The notes: a model not told the origin generated them from the letters alone. A stretch of 64,000 nt of DNA from an uncultured Methanosarcinales archaeon (GCA_964428445.1 CAYRYC010000001.1:13704-77703); one strand, 5' to 3'. Numbered from the stretch's first letter, positions 9,800 through 20,325 are shown. Made by a program: numbers and translations.

Positions 9800-10334
9800 A
9801 CTCCATCTTTAAATGTTCTTTGATTAGTTTATCAAGCTCCCAAACCAAGTGACGAATAAGAAGAATGCCAGTTTGAAAGTTTTCAGAATGTTGTAATCCG
9901 CTTGCCCAGTAATCATCCAGACGAGATTTCATCCATTCAAGCAAGAATTTCTCTCCTTTCTTTTTATCCTTCGTTGCATAGGCGCCAGCATAATCAAAAG
10001 ATACTTTGCAGTTAATGCTCATTTGAATCTTGCCGTCAGTAACTACTTTCTTTTCACCATTTACATCGATTGTTCTTCTCTTAGTGTCCCAAGTATGACC
10101 GTCAATTTGAAGGTCAACTCTAACATAATGAGAAACTAAACGCCATCCCTTAATACGAAAATCTGCTTCAGCTCCACCAGGGCCAGCTTGTTTGAACTTA
10201 AATCTAGGTTCTTCTACTTTTAAATCATATTCAGCAAAATATTTTCTAATCTTTGCTAAAAGACCATCATAGTCATAAGTGCCTCTAAATCGAATAAGAA
10301 TAGGATCTCCAAAAGCAGGAACTTCATCAACCAT
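9792..10334 (-). CDS. hypothetical protein
   Basis: 180-aa ORF. Good coding character. No motif recognised. Confidence 0.4.
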   Translation of the reverse strand: MVDEVPAFGDPILIRFRGTYDYDGLLAKIRKYFAEYDLKVEEPRFKFKQAGPGGAEADFRIKGWRLVSHYVRVDLQIDGHTWDTKRRTIDVNGEKKVVTDGKIQMSINCKVSFDYAGAYATKDKKKGEKFLLEWMKSRLDDYWASGLQHSENFQTGILLIRHLVWELDKLIKEHLKMECV

Positions 10335-10488
10335 GAATCAAATTGGATAAAAGAAGTATATAAAGCTTCCTGAGAAGAATTTGTTCTTAAAAAGCCTCAA
10401 AAAGGCATAATAAGCCCTTTCTAGTGATACTACTGGACAGAAGTAACAAAACGAAACATTTATATACTAGCGAATTCCAAATATCAGT

Positions 10489-11151
10489 ATGAAACTAGAT
10501 ATTCCTCTTATTCGTCAAGCAAAAGAATCTTTTGATTGCGGTCTTGCAAGTATAGCTATGATTCTTAAGTATCATGGAATTGAAAAAGAAATTATTGATA
10601 TCAAAAAAGAACTTACAATCCATAAAGATGTAGGATCATATATATCAGAGCTAGGAACGTACTTTCTAAAACAAGGATTTGATGCAAACATAGTTACAAT
10701 GAATCCTCATTTATTCACAAAACAACTCGAAAACAATTCTCCCAATCAATTAATATCTCATCTAAAAGAAAAAAGAAAGGAAATGAAACAAGAAATATCT
10801 GTCAATTCAGTAACATATTTGATAGATTTTTTAGAGCAAGGAGGAATAATTGATGTCAAAATACCTTCAGCCGAATACATTAAAAATGAAATTTCACAAG
10901 GAAGACCATTATGTTCATGGGCAACAACTAATTTTTTAACAAACAATTCATCAAAATTTAATTATCACTTTAATGTTATCACGGGAATCGATAATAAAAA
11001 TATTTATGTTAACGACCCAAGCCAAGACGCTTATGGTGGCAAAAAGCAATACGCTATTAATGATTATTTATACGCAATACATTCAACAGCACATGTTTGC
11101 CCAGAAGCAGCATCAATATTAACAATTAAAACAAACAGAGAAAAAAAATGA
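10489..11151 (+). CDS. peptidase C39-like (papain-fold) cysteine peptidase domain protein
   Basis: N-terminal IRQAKESFDCGLASIAMILKYHG is the Q...C-G-xA-S-xAMxL signature of C39/bacteriocin-processing-like peptidases. A downstream His is present. Confidence 0.5.
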   Translation: MKLDIPLIRQAKESFDCGLASIAMILKYHGIEKEIIDIKKELTIHKDVGSYISELGTYFLKQGFDANIVTMNPHLFTKQLENNSPNQLISHLKEKRKEMKQEISVNSVTYLIDFLEQGGIIDVKIPSAEYIKNEISQGRPLCSWATTNFLTNNSSKFNYHFNVITGIDNKNIYVNDPSQDAYGGKKQYAINDYLYAIHSTAHVCPEAASILTIKTNREKK

Positions 11152-11849
11152 ACTTAAAGCATTTAGAACAAGTTTTGGAAACTCCTTATCTAGGAATCGT
11201 ATCATTCGTTAGACACGGTGATAAAACCAAAGAAGGTCAATTATCAGAAAAAGGTAAAGAACAAGCTCGAAAACTTGGTCAAAAATTTAAACAAATTCAC
11301 AAAGAAGGCAAAGTATTTTTACGATCAAGTTCAAGCGATATGGACCGAGCAAACGACACAGTAAAAGAAATATTTAGTGCTGAACCAAAATATAACAAAC
11401 CAATAAGTAAAAATATGCAAGTAGAACCATATTTTTCTAACGAAATTATGGAAAAATATGTAAAAATCATGAAAGAAGAAAGTGAAGTTGCAGGATTTGA
11501 TTGGTTTCTTAATTCTTCACATGGAAAAGACTTAGCAAAACACTTTTCATACATACTTAGTTCAGCAAGTCAAGACGCTAAAAAAATCACAAAAAAAGAT
11601 TTAAATTTCCATTATATTCACGGAACACACGAAGCACTTCCAGAAGCTTTGCTAAAAAGAGTTCTTATCATAAAAGAAGGAAAATCAGGCTTTGATAGCA
11701 TCGATGATATTGGCGGAGGTCTCAAACTTGCAGAACCTATAAATTTCATTCTAGGTATAGATAATAAATACAAAGTAGAAATGAGAAACAAAACATACAA
11801 TGTTGATATGAAAGCATTAAATGATCTAGCTTCTCAATATACAGAATAA
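11148..11849 (+). CDS. histidine phosphatase superfamily (phosphoglycerate mutase-like) protein
   Basis: GIVSFVRHGDKTKEGQLSEKGKEQA carries the RHG catalytic motif. Start overlaps the upstream stop (ATGA). Confidence 0.5.
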   Translation: MNLKHLEQVLETPYLGIVSFVRHGDKTKEGQLSEKGKEQARKLGQKFKQIHKEGKVFLRSSSSDMDRANDTVKEIFSAEPKYNKPISKNMQVEPYFSNEIMEKYVKIMKEESEVAGFDWFLNSSHGKDLAKHFSYILSSASQDAKKITKKDLNFHYIHGTHEALPEALLKRVLIIKEGKSGFDSIDDIGGGLKLAEPINFILGIDNKYKVEMRNKTYNVDMKALNDLASQYTE

Positions 11850-11863
11850 ATTTTTATTTTATT

Positions 11864-14800
11864 TTAATTTTTTTCTAAAATTCTCACAATGCCATTGTCA
11901 GCATCGACTTCAACTAAGTCTCCATCCTTAAGAACTTTTGTTGCAATCTTAGTTCCTATAATACAAGGAACGCCTAGCTCTCGAGAAACAATGGCTGCAT
12001 GACATAATAATCCGCCTTCATCAGTAATAAATGCGGCTGCACGTCGCATACCTGTAATTAATTCCGGCGTAGTCATGCTTGCAACAAGAATTTCTCCTTC
12101 TTGAAGTTCATCAGCGTCTTTTTGAGTATAAGTTTTTTTTACTCTTCCTATAACCTTACCTTTAAAGGCAATAGTCCCTTTTAGTTCATTAACATTTTCT
12201 GTAAAAGGTTCAAATTCAGTTATTCCTTCTCTTTGTATAAGTTTGTCCACTTCCTCTTTTCCAAAAACTTCTTCATATTTACCATCATCTAAAATCAATG
12301 CAAAATATTTTGCACGTTCAGTTAAATCTTCTTCAGGTAAAATCTCTGTTTCTAGCCAAGTAACAAATTCGTCTTCAAATAAATTCATAATCTTTTCTTC
12401 ATTAAAACCAAGATTTGTTAATGTTTTTCTTAAGGCCCAATTAGCACGTACTAAAGCAGATTTACTCTCATCAAACATATATGATGTTCTTCTTATAATA
12501 TCTATTAACCAATCAATATATTCATCATCATATTTTGGAACTTCATTAGTTATTGGTTTTTGTTCTTCTTTAAGTGGACGTTTAATTTCATAAATATAAT
12601 TTTCTGCTAACCATTCTTTGGCCATGTATTCTGAATGAATAAATCCAAAAGATTCAGCAAGTTTTTTTGCTTCATTTTTCATTTCTTCATCATCAATCAA
12701 TTCTTTATGATATTTTTCTTTTATCTCGTTGATAGCATGATTCTCTTTGCTAATCGTTGTTAGTTTATGAGGTATAGTAATATTTAATTTAACTTTTTCA
12801 AATTCTTTTTCACCTAAAACAAATTTTAGTTGCTCTAAAGCAATTTGAGTCAAATAATAACCAGAAAACATGAAACCAACTTCTTCCTTATACGAACCAG
12901 AAAATTTCAATAAATCATCTTTTTTAGAACTTGGAAGAAGTTCCAAATCTTTTTCAATAGTATCATCTACTTTAATTAAAATTTCATAGACATCAGAATT
13001 TTTCTTTGAAATTAATTCTTTGAAATTAGTATCAAAACAAGCTTTTGTAGATTCGAAATCAACGGAACTTTTCTCACCATAAAAAATAGCCAGATATTTA
13101 GGATAATTAAAATACAAATTGTTTATCTTCGTTCCTTCTTTCAAGATACTCATCATACTTGACCAAGTTAAAGGAGATAAATTTCTTGCTCCTAATTTCG
13201 TCCATTTGATTACAGAAGCATCATTCAATATCTTAACAATGCCATTATCAGCATCGACTTCGACCATATCGCCCGTTTTAAGAATTCTTGTAAGTCCCTT
13301 TATACCTACAATGCAAGGAATCTTTAATTCTCTTGAAGTTATAGACGCATGGCATATTGCACCACCATGTTCGGAAAGTATTGCTACAGATTTTTTCATA
13401 GCAGGGAGAAAATCAGGAGTGGTTGTTGAAGAAACAATAATTTCATCTTCTTGGAATTGTCTTACTTCATCTATATTTTCAACACAACGAACTTTACCTT
13501 TTACTTTTCCAGGATACGCTGTTTGACCTTCAAGTAAAGTTTTCCCTTCAACATTCTCTTCCTTAATTTCTATGTTGAATTTTTCTTTAACAGCTTCCAT
13601 AGAATCCTGTAATTGACCGTCAGTGTATACAAAACCTTCTAATCTTTTTCTAAGAACATCATCTGAAGGTAAAATTCCTGATTCTACTTCTTCTAAAGAA
13701 ATAACGTCAACGAATTGTTGTTTCTCAGGAAAAAGTTTTTTCAAAGTGTTTCTAATAGTTCCTGTTGTTCCTGGAGCTAGTTGTTCTGTTTGTTTTCTCA
13801 CTATAATAAGATCTTCTAAAGGTAAATTCTTTTTATCGTAATATTCAATCGCCCACCACATGCAATCCCACCAAGCCCATGCATCTCGGATGTTCTTTAT
13901 GAAATCTAAAAAATCTTCTTTGCTTAAAGCAGGTTTATTGAGAATAATATCTTCAACTTTTTTGTAATGTTTAATAGTTTCTTCTTTCATTACTTCTTTA
14001 TCGAACTTTCCTGCCTGCTCTATCTTCCAATCTATACCTTTAGGATTATAGTAATAATATAGAAGATTATTTTTTCGTTCGAAAACACAATAAGGATGAA
14101 AAGTGAATGGTTCGTTTAACCAAGGAACGTCTCGTCTTGATTCTTCCTGATTGGTTAATTCTGCAATAATTAAAGGAAAGTCATGATGCATTAGTTGAGT
14201 GTATTCTTTTTTTTTATTCTTTTTTTCAAGAATTTTTACAATTCCATTGTCAGCATCAACTTCGACGAAATCGCCATCTTTGAGAACTTTCGTTGCAATT
14301 TTAGTTCCAACAACACAAGGAATGTTGAGTTCACGAGAAACAATAGAAGCATGACAAGTTAATCCACCTTCATCTGTAACAATTGCAGATGCTTTTTTCA
14401 TTGCAGGTACAACACTTGGAGTGGTAGCTGTTGATACTAAAATATCTCCTTTATTCATTTTATGCATATCAGCAGGTTCATTTATTATTTTCACAATTCC
14501 TTTTGCAAAGCCTTTACATGCCAGAGATCCTTTGATACTGTCCACATCCTCCAGGGTTTCTTCTCTTTCAAATGTTGAAATAAAATCTTGCGCGTCTTGG
14601 CCGTGAATAACAAGAACACCACCTTCTTTTTTAGAAAGAATTACATGAAAATCATATAGACTATCCAAAAGATCGCTGTCTACAGATCCGTTTGCAAGAC
14701 CTTCTTTGAAAAGTTCAGGAGTAAGACCTCTTGCTTGATTAAAAGAAATGTTAAGACGTTTAGCAATTTCTTTAAACATCATTTGCATATGATAATAACT

Positions 14801-16717
14801 TTTACTCTGGTGATCTTTTCTTCTAGGTTTTGCCCAAACTACTTTTCCTGTTAAACGAAGAATCATCTCGTTAAACTCATCCGGCTGAAGTTTTTTTATT
14901 ATGTCCTCTCGTTTTTCACCTATTTGTTTTCTTTTTAATCTTATTTCAATTAATTCTTCTTGGGGAGTTTTATTTTTAGAAAGATTATCCTTAATAAAAT
15001 CTAAAAACTCTTTTTCAGTAAATGCAGGTCCTGCATATACATAATATATCCAAGCATATTTTTCTGTGTGTTCAGAAAGTTTTTTGAAAAAATCAAGATG
15101 AGAAGTTTTCAAAGATTCAACTGTTCCTTGCAAGATATCTTTACTCCATTGCCCAGAATAAAACTCACTCATCAATTCTAAAAGAGCTTCTTCTTGATCT
15201 TGAGCATAGGAATTATATAAAGGATAAGTACATATATCATAATACTCTTGAAATTCTTCAACAGAACTTGTTTTAGATTCTAAAAACGATTTCATATTTC
15301 CTTCAACAAAAGAAAAATCTCGGAAATCCATTATAGAAAGTATCATACCATAAGCATCCAGCATTTTCATTTTATAACGAAATTGTTCGTACAAAGAGAA
15401 TAATTCGTCGTTAGAAAAAGTTGAAAAATCTTTTGTAAAAATATTCTCTTGACTCCATATATTAAATACATCTCCCATTTTAAGAGTTTTATCAATTAAT
15501 TTTTCTACATAATATCTATCTGCTTCAATATATGTTTTTAATTTATTGTGAGCTCTAATCCAAGTATCCATATCAACACAATAATCCAATTTTCTTTTTC
15601 TACTTGCAATACCGCCCATCAATCGCGGAATATCAAACTCTTTTGCTTGTATTTCAAAAGATTCCATCCACAAATAATTTCTAAACATATGAGAGTTAAA
15701 ATCATTTGCAACACTAACTAAATTAGCGTCAGTATATACAAATCCTTTTTTCGAACTAAGCGTTGTTATAGGTCGACTTTGCACAATGTAGAATTCTCCG
15801 CCTTCCATAGCCCATTCTATATCCACAGGAAAACCATAATGTTTTTCTATCTTAACAGTAAGCTTAGATAATTCTACGATTTCATCTTTAGTAAGAGCTT
15901 GTTTAGAACCTTCTGATAAAGTCAGTTCCTTCCAAACATTACCACCACCAACATCACGAACAAGTTCTCTAGGCTGCTCATTAATTTGAACATCAGTAAA
16001 AGACCAATCTCGTTTATCAACAACATAACTATCAGGAGTTATTTGTCCAGAAACAATAGATTCGCCAAGACCGAAACCAGCCTCGATAATAATTTGATCA
16101 TAATCTTGAGTAACAGGATGAACAGAGAAAGCAATTCCAGAAACTTCGCTGGCAATCATTTTCTGAACAACAACAGCTACAGAAATTTGTTCATCATGCA
16201 ATTCTTTTTCAAAACGATAAGCAATAGCACGAGGAGTAAATAAAGAAGCCCAACAAAGTTGAACATTCTTCAGTAATGTTTCTTCAGTTGTGTTCAAGAA
16301 AGAATCCAATTGACCAGCCCAAGCTGCGTCTGCACTATCTTCAGAAGTTGCTGAAGAACGAACAGCGACAAAAGGAGCATTAAGATTTTTGAATTCAAAT
16401 AAAATTTCTTCTTTTAGATCTTCAGGAAAAGCTCTACCTTTAATCAAACCTTGAATAGCCTCGGAAGCAAAATCAACAGTATGAACTGCCTCGGTATCTA
16501 CTTTATCAAGTTCAACTTGAATCTCAACTTTAAGATTGCTTTCTTCGACAAAACGATCAAAAGCAGAAGACAAAACAACATAACCAGGAGGAACAGCAAT
16601 ACCCGCTTGAGTCATCTCTCCAAGAGAAGCTCCTTTACCTCCAGCAATATCTACATTCTTGCTGTTCAAATCAGAAAATCGTTTAATAAAAACCATAAAA
16701 GTACTATATTCACCCAA
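11864..16717 (-). CDS. giant PEP-synthase/PPDK-like protein: N-terminal PPDK_N ATP-grasp domain followed by three phosphohistidine (PEP-utilising mobile/swivel) domains
   Basis: 1617 aa. N-terminus FSDLNSKNVDIAGGKGASLGEMTQAGIAVPPGYVV...GGEFYIVQSRPIT is PPDK_N. Three swivel domains carry the catalytic His: GGLTCHASIVSRELNIPCVVG, GGAICHASITSRELKIPCIVG, GGLLCHAAIVSRELGVPCIIG. Each ends with G-D-x-V-E-V-D-A-D-N-G-I-V. No PEP-utilising TIM-barrel C-terminal domain. Confidence 0.75.
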   Translation of the reverse strand: MGEYSTFMVFIKRFSDLNSKNVDIAGGKGASLGEMTQAGIAVPPGYVVLSSAFDRFVEESNLKVEIQVELDKVDTEAVHTVDFASEAIQGLIKGRAFPEDLKEEILFEFKNLNAPFVAVRSSATSEDSADAAWAGQLDSFLNTTEETLLKNVQLCWASLFTPRAIAYRFEKELHDEQISVAVVVQKMIASEVSGIAFSVHPVTQDYDQIIIEAGFGLGESIVSGQITPDSYVVDKRDWSFTDVQINEQPRELVRDVGGGNVWKELTLSEGSKQALTKDEIVELSKLTVKIEKHYGFPVDIEWAMEGGEFYIVQSRPITTLSSKKGFVYTDANLVSVANDFNSHMFRNYLWMESFEIQAKEFDIPRLMGGIASRKRKLDYCVDMDTWIRAHNKLKTYIEADRYYVEKLIDKTLKMGDVFNIWSQENIFTKDFSTFSNDELFSLYEQFRYKMKMLDAYGMILSIMDFRDFSFVEGNMKSFLESKTSSVEEFQEYYDICTYPLYNSYAQDQEEALLELMSEFYSGQWSKDILQGTVESLKTSHLDFFKKLSEHTEKYAWIYYVYAGPAFTEKEFLDFIKDNLSKNKTPQEELIEIRLKRKQIGEKREDIIKKLQPDEFNEMILRLTGKVVWAKPRRKDHQSKSYYHMQMMFKEIAKRLNISFNQARGLTPELFKEGLANGSVDSDLLDSLYDFHVILSKKEGGVLVIHGQDAQDFISTFEREETLEDVDSIKGSLACKGFAKGIVKIINEPADMHKMNKGDILVSTATTPSVVPAMKKASAIVTDEGGLTCHASIVSRELNIPCVVGTKIATKVLKDGDFVEVDADNGIVKILEKKNKKKEYTQLMHHDFPLIIAELTNQEESRRDVPWLNEPFTFHPYCVFERKNNLLYYYYNPKGIDWKIEQAGKFDKEVMKEETIKHYKKVEDIILNKPALSKEDFLDFIKNIRDAWAWWDCMWWAIEYYDKKNLPLEDLIIVRKQTEQLAPGTTGTIRNTLKKLFPEKQQFVDVISLEEVESGILPSDDVLRKRLEGFVYTDGQLQDSMEAVKEKFNIEIKEENVEGKTLLEGQTAYPGKVKGKVRCVENIDEVRQFQEDEIIVSSTTTPDFLPAMKKSVAILSEHGGAICHASITSRELKIPCIVGIKGLTRILKTGDMVEVDADNGIVKILNDASVIKWTKLGARNLSPLTWSSMMSILKEGTKINNLYFNYPKYLAIFYGEKSSVDFESTKACFDTNFKELISKKNSDVYEILIKVDDTIEKDLELLPSSKKDDLLKFSGSYKEEVGFMFSGYYLTQIALEQLKFVLGEKEFEKVKLNITIPHKLTTISKENHAINEIKEKYHKELIDDEEMKNEAKKLAESFGFIHSEYMAKEWLAENYIYEIKRPLKEEQKPITNEVPKYDDEYIDWLIDIIRRTSYMFDESKSALVRANWALRKTLTNLGFNEEKIMNLFEDEFVTWLETEILPEEDLTERAKYFALILDDGKYEEVFGKEEVDKLIQREGITEFEPFTENVNELKGTIAFKGKVIGRVKKTYTQKDADELQEGEILVASMTTPELITGMRRAAAFITDEGGLLCHAAIVSRELGVPCIIGTKIATKVLKDGDLVEVDADNGIVRILEKN

Positions 16718-16889
16718 TATATAACGTTTACTATATTAAAGAAAAATATCCTGTCGAAGTGATAAAAATCAAAGATTTTCAGCATGCCAAAAATTATATT
16801 TTTGAGCACTATAGCTCCTCTCGACTTTTTATTTTAATCTCAGAAAATAATTATATAAAAATAAAAAGAAAAGAAAAAAAAGAACTAAT

Positions 16890-17060
16890 CTAAAGATCTT
16901 TTGCCATTACTGTCTTTCGACCGTTTGCTTCAGCTCTTTGAACAGCTTTAGCAACAATTTCTCTTGTGATTTTGTCTAGTTCTTCTGCGAAGTCACCAGC
17001 AACATTGTAGTCACCAACAACATCTTTAATTTTTGCCTTTACAACTAATAAATCTGCCAT
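16890..17060 (-). CDS. archaeal histone-fold protein (HMf-like, single fold)
   Basis: MADLLVVKAKIKDVVGDYNVAGDFAEELDKITREIVAKAVQRAEANGRKTVMAKDL; the C-terminal AxxAxxxGRKTVxxxDL is the archaeal histone signature. GAGGTG Shine-Dalgarno site 8 nt upstream of this ATG. The track ORF begins 15 nt earlier at a GTG. Confidence 0.6.
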   Translation of the reverse strand: MADLLVVKAKIKDVVGDYNVAGDFAEELDKITREIVAKAVQRAEANGRKTVMAKDL

Positions 17061-17174
17061 AATTATACACCTCACTATTTTACATAGTGTTTTTTAGGAA
17101 AAGATCTAAAGCTCCCTAATAAACCCACCTCAGGAAGCCCCCTATTTAAAGTTTTTGGTGTTCTAAGCGTTTCA

Positions 17175-17182
17175 TTTATAAA
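17175..17182 (+). promoter_or_regulatory. TATA box ~26 nt upstream of dph6 ATG
   Basis: tttataaa at 17175-17182; ATG at 17208. Confidence 0.4.
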
Positions 17183-17207
17183 GGAAGGCTTGTTTTGAGT
17201 TAACAAG

Positions 17208-17891
17208 ATGAAATATGGAATACTCCTCAGCGGAGGGAAAGACTCCGTCTACGCAGCATATTTGGCATCTAAGGACAATGAAATTAGCTGTGCGATTACA
17301 ATCAAATCTCTCAATAAAGAGAGCTATATGTTCCATACTCCTAACATAGATTTAGTCAAATATCAAACAGAATCAATGGAAATCCCATTAATAGTTGCAG
17401 AAACCCAAGGTGTTAAAGAAGAAGAACTTACAGATCTTAAAGAAGCTATTGCAGAAGCAAAAGAAAAGTATCAGCTAGACGGCATTGTTACAGGAGCTGT
17501 AGCTTCAGTCTATCAAGCTGAGAGAATACAAAAAATCTGCGATGAACTTGGTCTTAAGTGCTTTAATCCTCTCTGGCAAATTAACCAAATACAATTGTTA
17601 CAAGAATTATTAGAAAATAAATTCGAAGTTCTTATTGGAGGAGTATTCGCCTATCCTTTTGATGAAACTCTTCTAGGTAAATTCATTGATGAAGATATTA
17701 TCGCTATGCTCAAAGATATGCAGGAAAAATATAAAATCAATCCGGCAGGAGAAGGTGGTGAGATAGAAACATTCGTTACTGATTGTCCTTTGTTCAAAAA
17801 GAAAATAAAAATTCTAGAAGCGAATACTGATTTTGAAAAACACGCAGGAACATATAATATAACTAAAGTAGAACTTGTGGATAAAAATTAA
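17208..17891 (+). CDS. dph6: diphthine-ammonia ligase (Dph6; MJ0570-family PP-loop ATPase)
   Basis: PP-loop SGGKDS at residues 8-13. C-terminal EGGEIETFV matches the Dph6 EGGEYET signature. 227 aa. Confidence 0.7.
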   Translation: MKYGILLSGGKDSVYAAYLASKDNEISCAITIKSLNKESYMFHTPNIDLVKYQTESMEIPLIVAETQGVKEEELTDLKEAIAEAKEKYQLDGIVTGAVASVYQAERIQKICDELGLKCFNPLWQINQIQLLQELLENKFEVLIGGVFAYPFDETLLGKFIDEDIIAMLKDMQEKYKINPAGEGGEIETFVTDCPLFKKKIKILEANTDFEKHAGTYNITKVELVDKN

Positions 17892-19606
17892 TCATGTGTA
17901 AACCAGAACACTCGTGTTCCGTCTTCATTAATATCATCTAATCTGCAAAAAGCGAATCTTTCGAACTGAACTACATCACCAACTTTCAAATCTCTAATAT
18001 TTGGTTCGCAAATAAGTTTCTGAGTTGTAATATCAGGCATGAAAAGTTCTGCGTTCTCAAGATCATCGGTTTTAGGAACGAATTGAACAATTCCGTGCTT
18101 ATCAGAAAATGCTCGATAGTCATCATAGGCAGAACTTACAAACTCATATTCTGTTTTAGAAACTTTCTTGATGTTCATAGCATCCTTTAATCTTAGGAAA
18201 CCACCAACAGGAACTTCATCGTGATCTTTTTTCTCAATGAAATATTTTTCTGTTGCTATTAATTGTCTAGCGCCTTTATCATCTTCAGGATGATATGCCA
18301 GAGAAAATGATTTGATATCTTTAGGAATTTTAGAAACTAAAATTTCAACAGGATCTCTGATAGCATAAAGTCGCTTAGCATTTCGATCGAGGATTCCTCG
18401 ATTAACCGCTGCAAGAACAGAGAACTCTAAATTTGTTTGTGTTTTGGAAAGTCCAATTGATTGAGCAAGTTCATAGAATGCTTCTTTGACAATACCTCGT
18501 CGTCGAAGAGCTCGAATAGTAACCAGTCTTGGATCATCCCAACCTATGTAATCTCTAGTCTCAATTAAAGCTCTGATCTCTCTACCCTGGGTTGTAGCTC
18601 CAACAATATTGTAACGACCGTAATGTTTGTATGTTACTTCTGGAAATCCTAATAAGTTTGCAATATAATTTTGTAATTCAATTCTAGAATCAAACTCATT
18701 TGATCGCATAACATGAGTAACTCCACAAAGACCTTCTTCGATTGCAGTTTCAAAATCATACATTGGCCAAACTTTGTATTTGGTGCCAACTTTGTAATGG
18801 GAAGCGTAGGATAATCTATAAATAACAGGATCTCGCATGACAGCGTTCTTATGTTCCATGTCAATTTTTAATCTCAAAACAACAGATCCTTCTTTAAGAT
18901 CTCCAGATTTCATTTTGTCCCAATGTTTTTGATTCTCTTTTACTTCTTGATTTCTATGAATACAATCCTTTCCTTCTCGACGCATTAATTTAATATCTTC
19001 CTGAGGACAGGAACAAACATAGGCTTCTCCTTTCTCAATAAGTTTTTCTGCGAAGCCATAATATTTCTCCATGTTATCGCTAGCGTATTTTATTTCATCT
19101 GGTTTAATTTCCAAGAAATTAATAACGTCTTCATGAACTGCATCAACAAACTCTTGAGATGATTTCTCAGGGTTAGTATCATCGAATCTAAGGATTACTT
19201 TCCCAGCATATTTTTTAGCGTACAAATAATTAATGAGAAAACTCATAGCATGACCCATATGATTATACTTGGAAGGTTCAGGAGGAATTCTCGTTACAAC
19301 TTTACCGTGTTCTGCATTAGGTAAATCTGGGAGAGAACTTCTCTTTTCTTTTCTCTCTGCTTTTTTTTCCTTTTGTTTTTTTTCAAAATCAGGATTTATC
19401 TTTAAAAGTTCAGTCTTTTGATCTTCAAGAGAAAGAGAATTAACTTCTGCAACAATTGTAGCAATTGTTTTAGAAACATCTCCCATAAAATCCTTAGCTT
19501 CAGGATGTTCTTTGATAACAGCTCCAACTAGAGCTTTAGGATTAGCAGTTCCTTTGAACTTAATTGCGTTCTTAAGAGCTTCTCTACGAATAGTATCTTC
19601 AAACAT
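17888..19606 (-). CDS. gltX: glutamyl-tRNA synthetase (archaeal/eukaryal-type GlxRS)
   Basis: 572 aa. Class I HIGH-variant HMGH. VILRFDDTNPEK matches the GlxRS LRxEDTD signature. THVMRSNEFDSRIELQNYI block. Confidence 0.75.
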   Translation of the reverse strand: MFEDTIRREALKNAIKFKGTANPKALVGAVIKEHPEAKDFMGDVSKTIATIVAEVNSLSLEDQKTELLKINPDFEKKQKEKKAERKEKRSSLPDLPNAEHGKVVTRIPPEPSKYNHMGHAMSFLINYLYAKKYAGKVILRFDDTNPEKSSQEFVDAVHEDVINFLEIKPDEIKYASDNMEKYYGFAEKLIEKGEAYVCSCPQEDIKLMRREGKDCIHRNQEVKENQKHWDKMKSGDLKEGSVVLRLKIDMEHKNAVMRDPVIYRLSYASHYKVGTKYKVWPMYDFETAIEEGLCGVTHVMRSNEFDSRIELQNYIANLLGFPEVTYKHYGRYNIVGATTQGREIRALIETRDYIGWDDPRLVTIRALRRRGIVKEAFYELAQSIGLSKTQTNLEFSVLAAVNRGILDRNAKRLYAIRDPVEILVSKIPKDIKSFSLAYHPEDDKGARQLIATEKYFIEKKDHDEVPVGGFLRLKDAMNIKKVSKTEYEFVSSAYDDYRAFSDKHGIVQFVPKTDDLENAELFMPDITTQKLICEPNIRDLKVGDVVQFERFAFCRLDDINEDGTRVFWFTHD

Positions 19607-19640
19607 GATAGAAGAAAGGTAGAAGACTTAGTTTATAAAT

Positions 19641-20258
19641 TTAGCCAAGATGTTCCAGATAAAGATTTTTTGCATCTCCAACTTGAGATAAATAATCAGT
19701 ATGAACGGAGGGTTTATTGTATGAAACTAGACGTTCAATTAGATTATTTAAAGAAAAGTGATTCATTCTAGGGAAAAAATCTTTAGCAAGATCTACAAAA
19801 CCTATATCAAAAGGAATATCCTTATCAAAAGGAAATATTTGAATTGATTCAACTAAAGGATTAATGTTCTTATATTCTCCTTTATTAATAATAACTCTAT
19901 TTAATTCTTTGAAATCTAGAAAATACTGCTCGTCATTATGATCAAAATTAACAGCAAAATGCAAAGAATAAGAGCTATATTTATGATAATATAATTCTTC
20001 AACTAAAAGGTCAGGAGAATAACCATTATCTTTAAGAGCATGATAACCCACAAGAGAGAGATCTAAACAAGGATTAAGAAAACAAGAATCTCCATCCTCT
20101 AAAATCTTCTTCGTGCTTCTTCTAGCAAAATCATCTCGTATTTTCTCATTAGACCACTGAACTCGTTTTACAGCAGAGCCTGTCCAAGAAACCAAATCTG
20201 ATAAATTGGCATATAAATCTTTGTCGCTGTTAAATTTGAAATCTGTATTAAAAGACAT
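19641..20258 (-). CDS. hypothetical protein
   Basis: 205-aa ORF. No motif recognised. Confidence 0.4.
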   Translation of the reverse strand: MSFNTDFKFNSDKDLYANLSDLVSWTGSAVKRVQWSNEKIRDDFARRSTKKILEDGDSCFLNPCLDLSLVGYHALKDNGYSPDLLVEELYYHKYSSYSLHFAVNFDHNDEQYFLDFKELNRVIINKGEYKNINPLVESIQIFPFDKDIPFDIGFVDLAKDFFPRMNHFSLNNLIERLVSYNKPSVHTDYLSQVGDAKNLYLEHLG

Positions 20259-20325
20259 TTTTAAATCAAAATGACAAAGTATTTAAAAAAATAACGGAAA
20301 ATAAGGGTTAAAAAGGTGAAAAAAC

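Noticed and set aside
12243-14606. Several plus-strand ORFs (12243-12593, 13119-13526, 13623-13841, 14421-14606) inside the 1617-aa gene
   Set aside because: All are antisense to the long PEP-synthase-like ORF. Their Ser/Phe/Ile-rich composition is an AT-rich antisense artefact.
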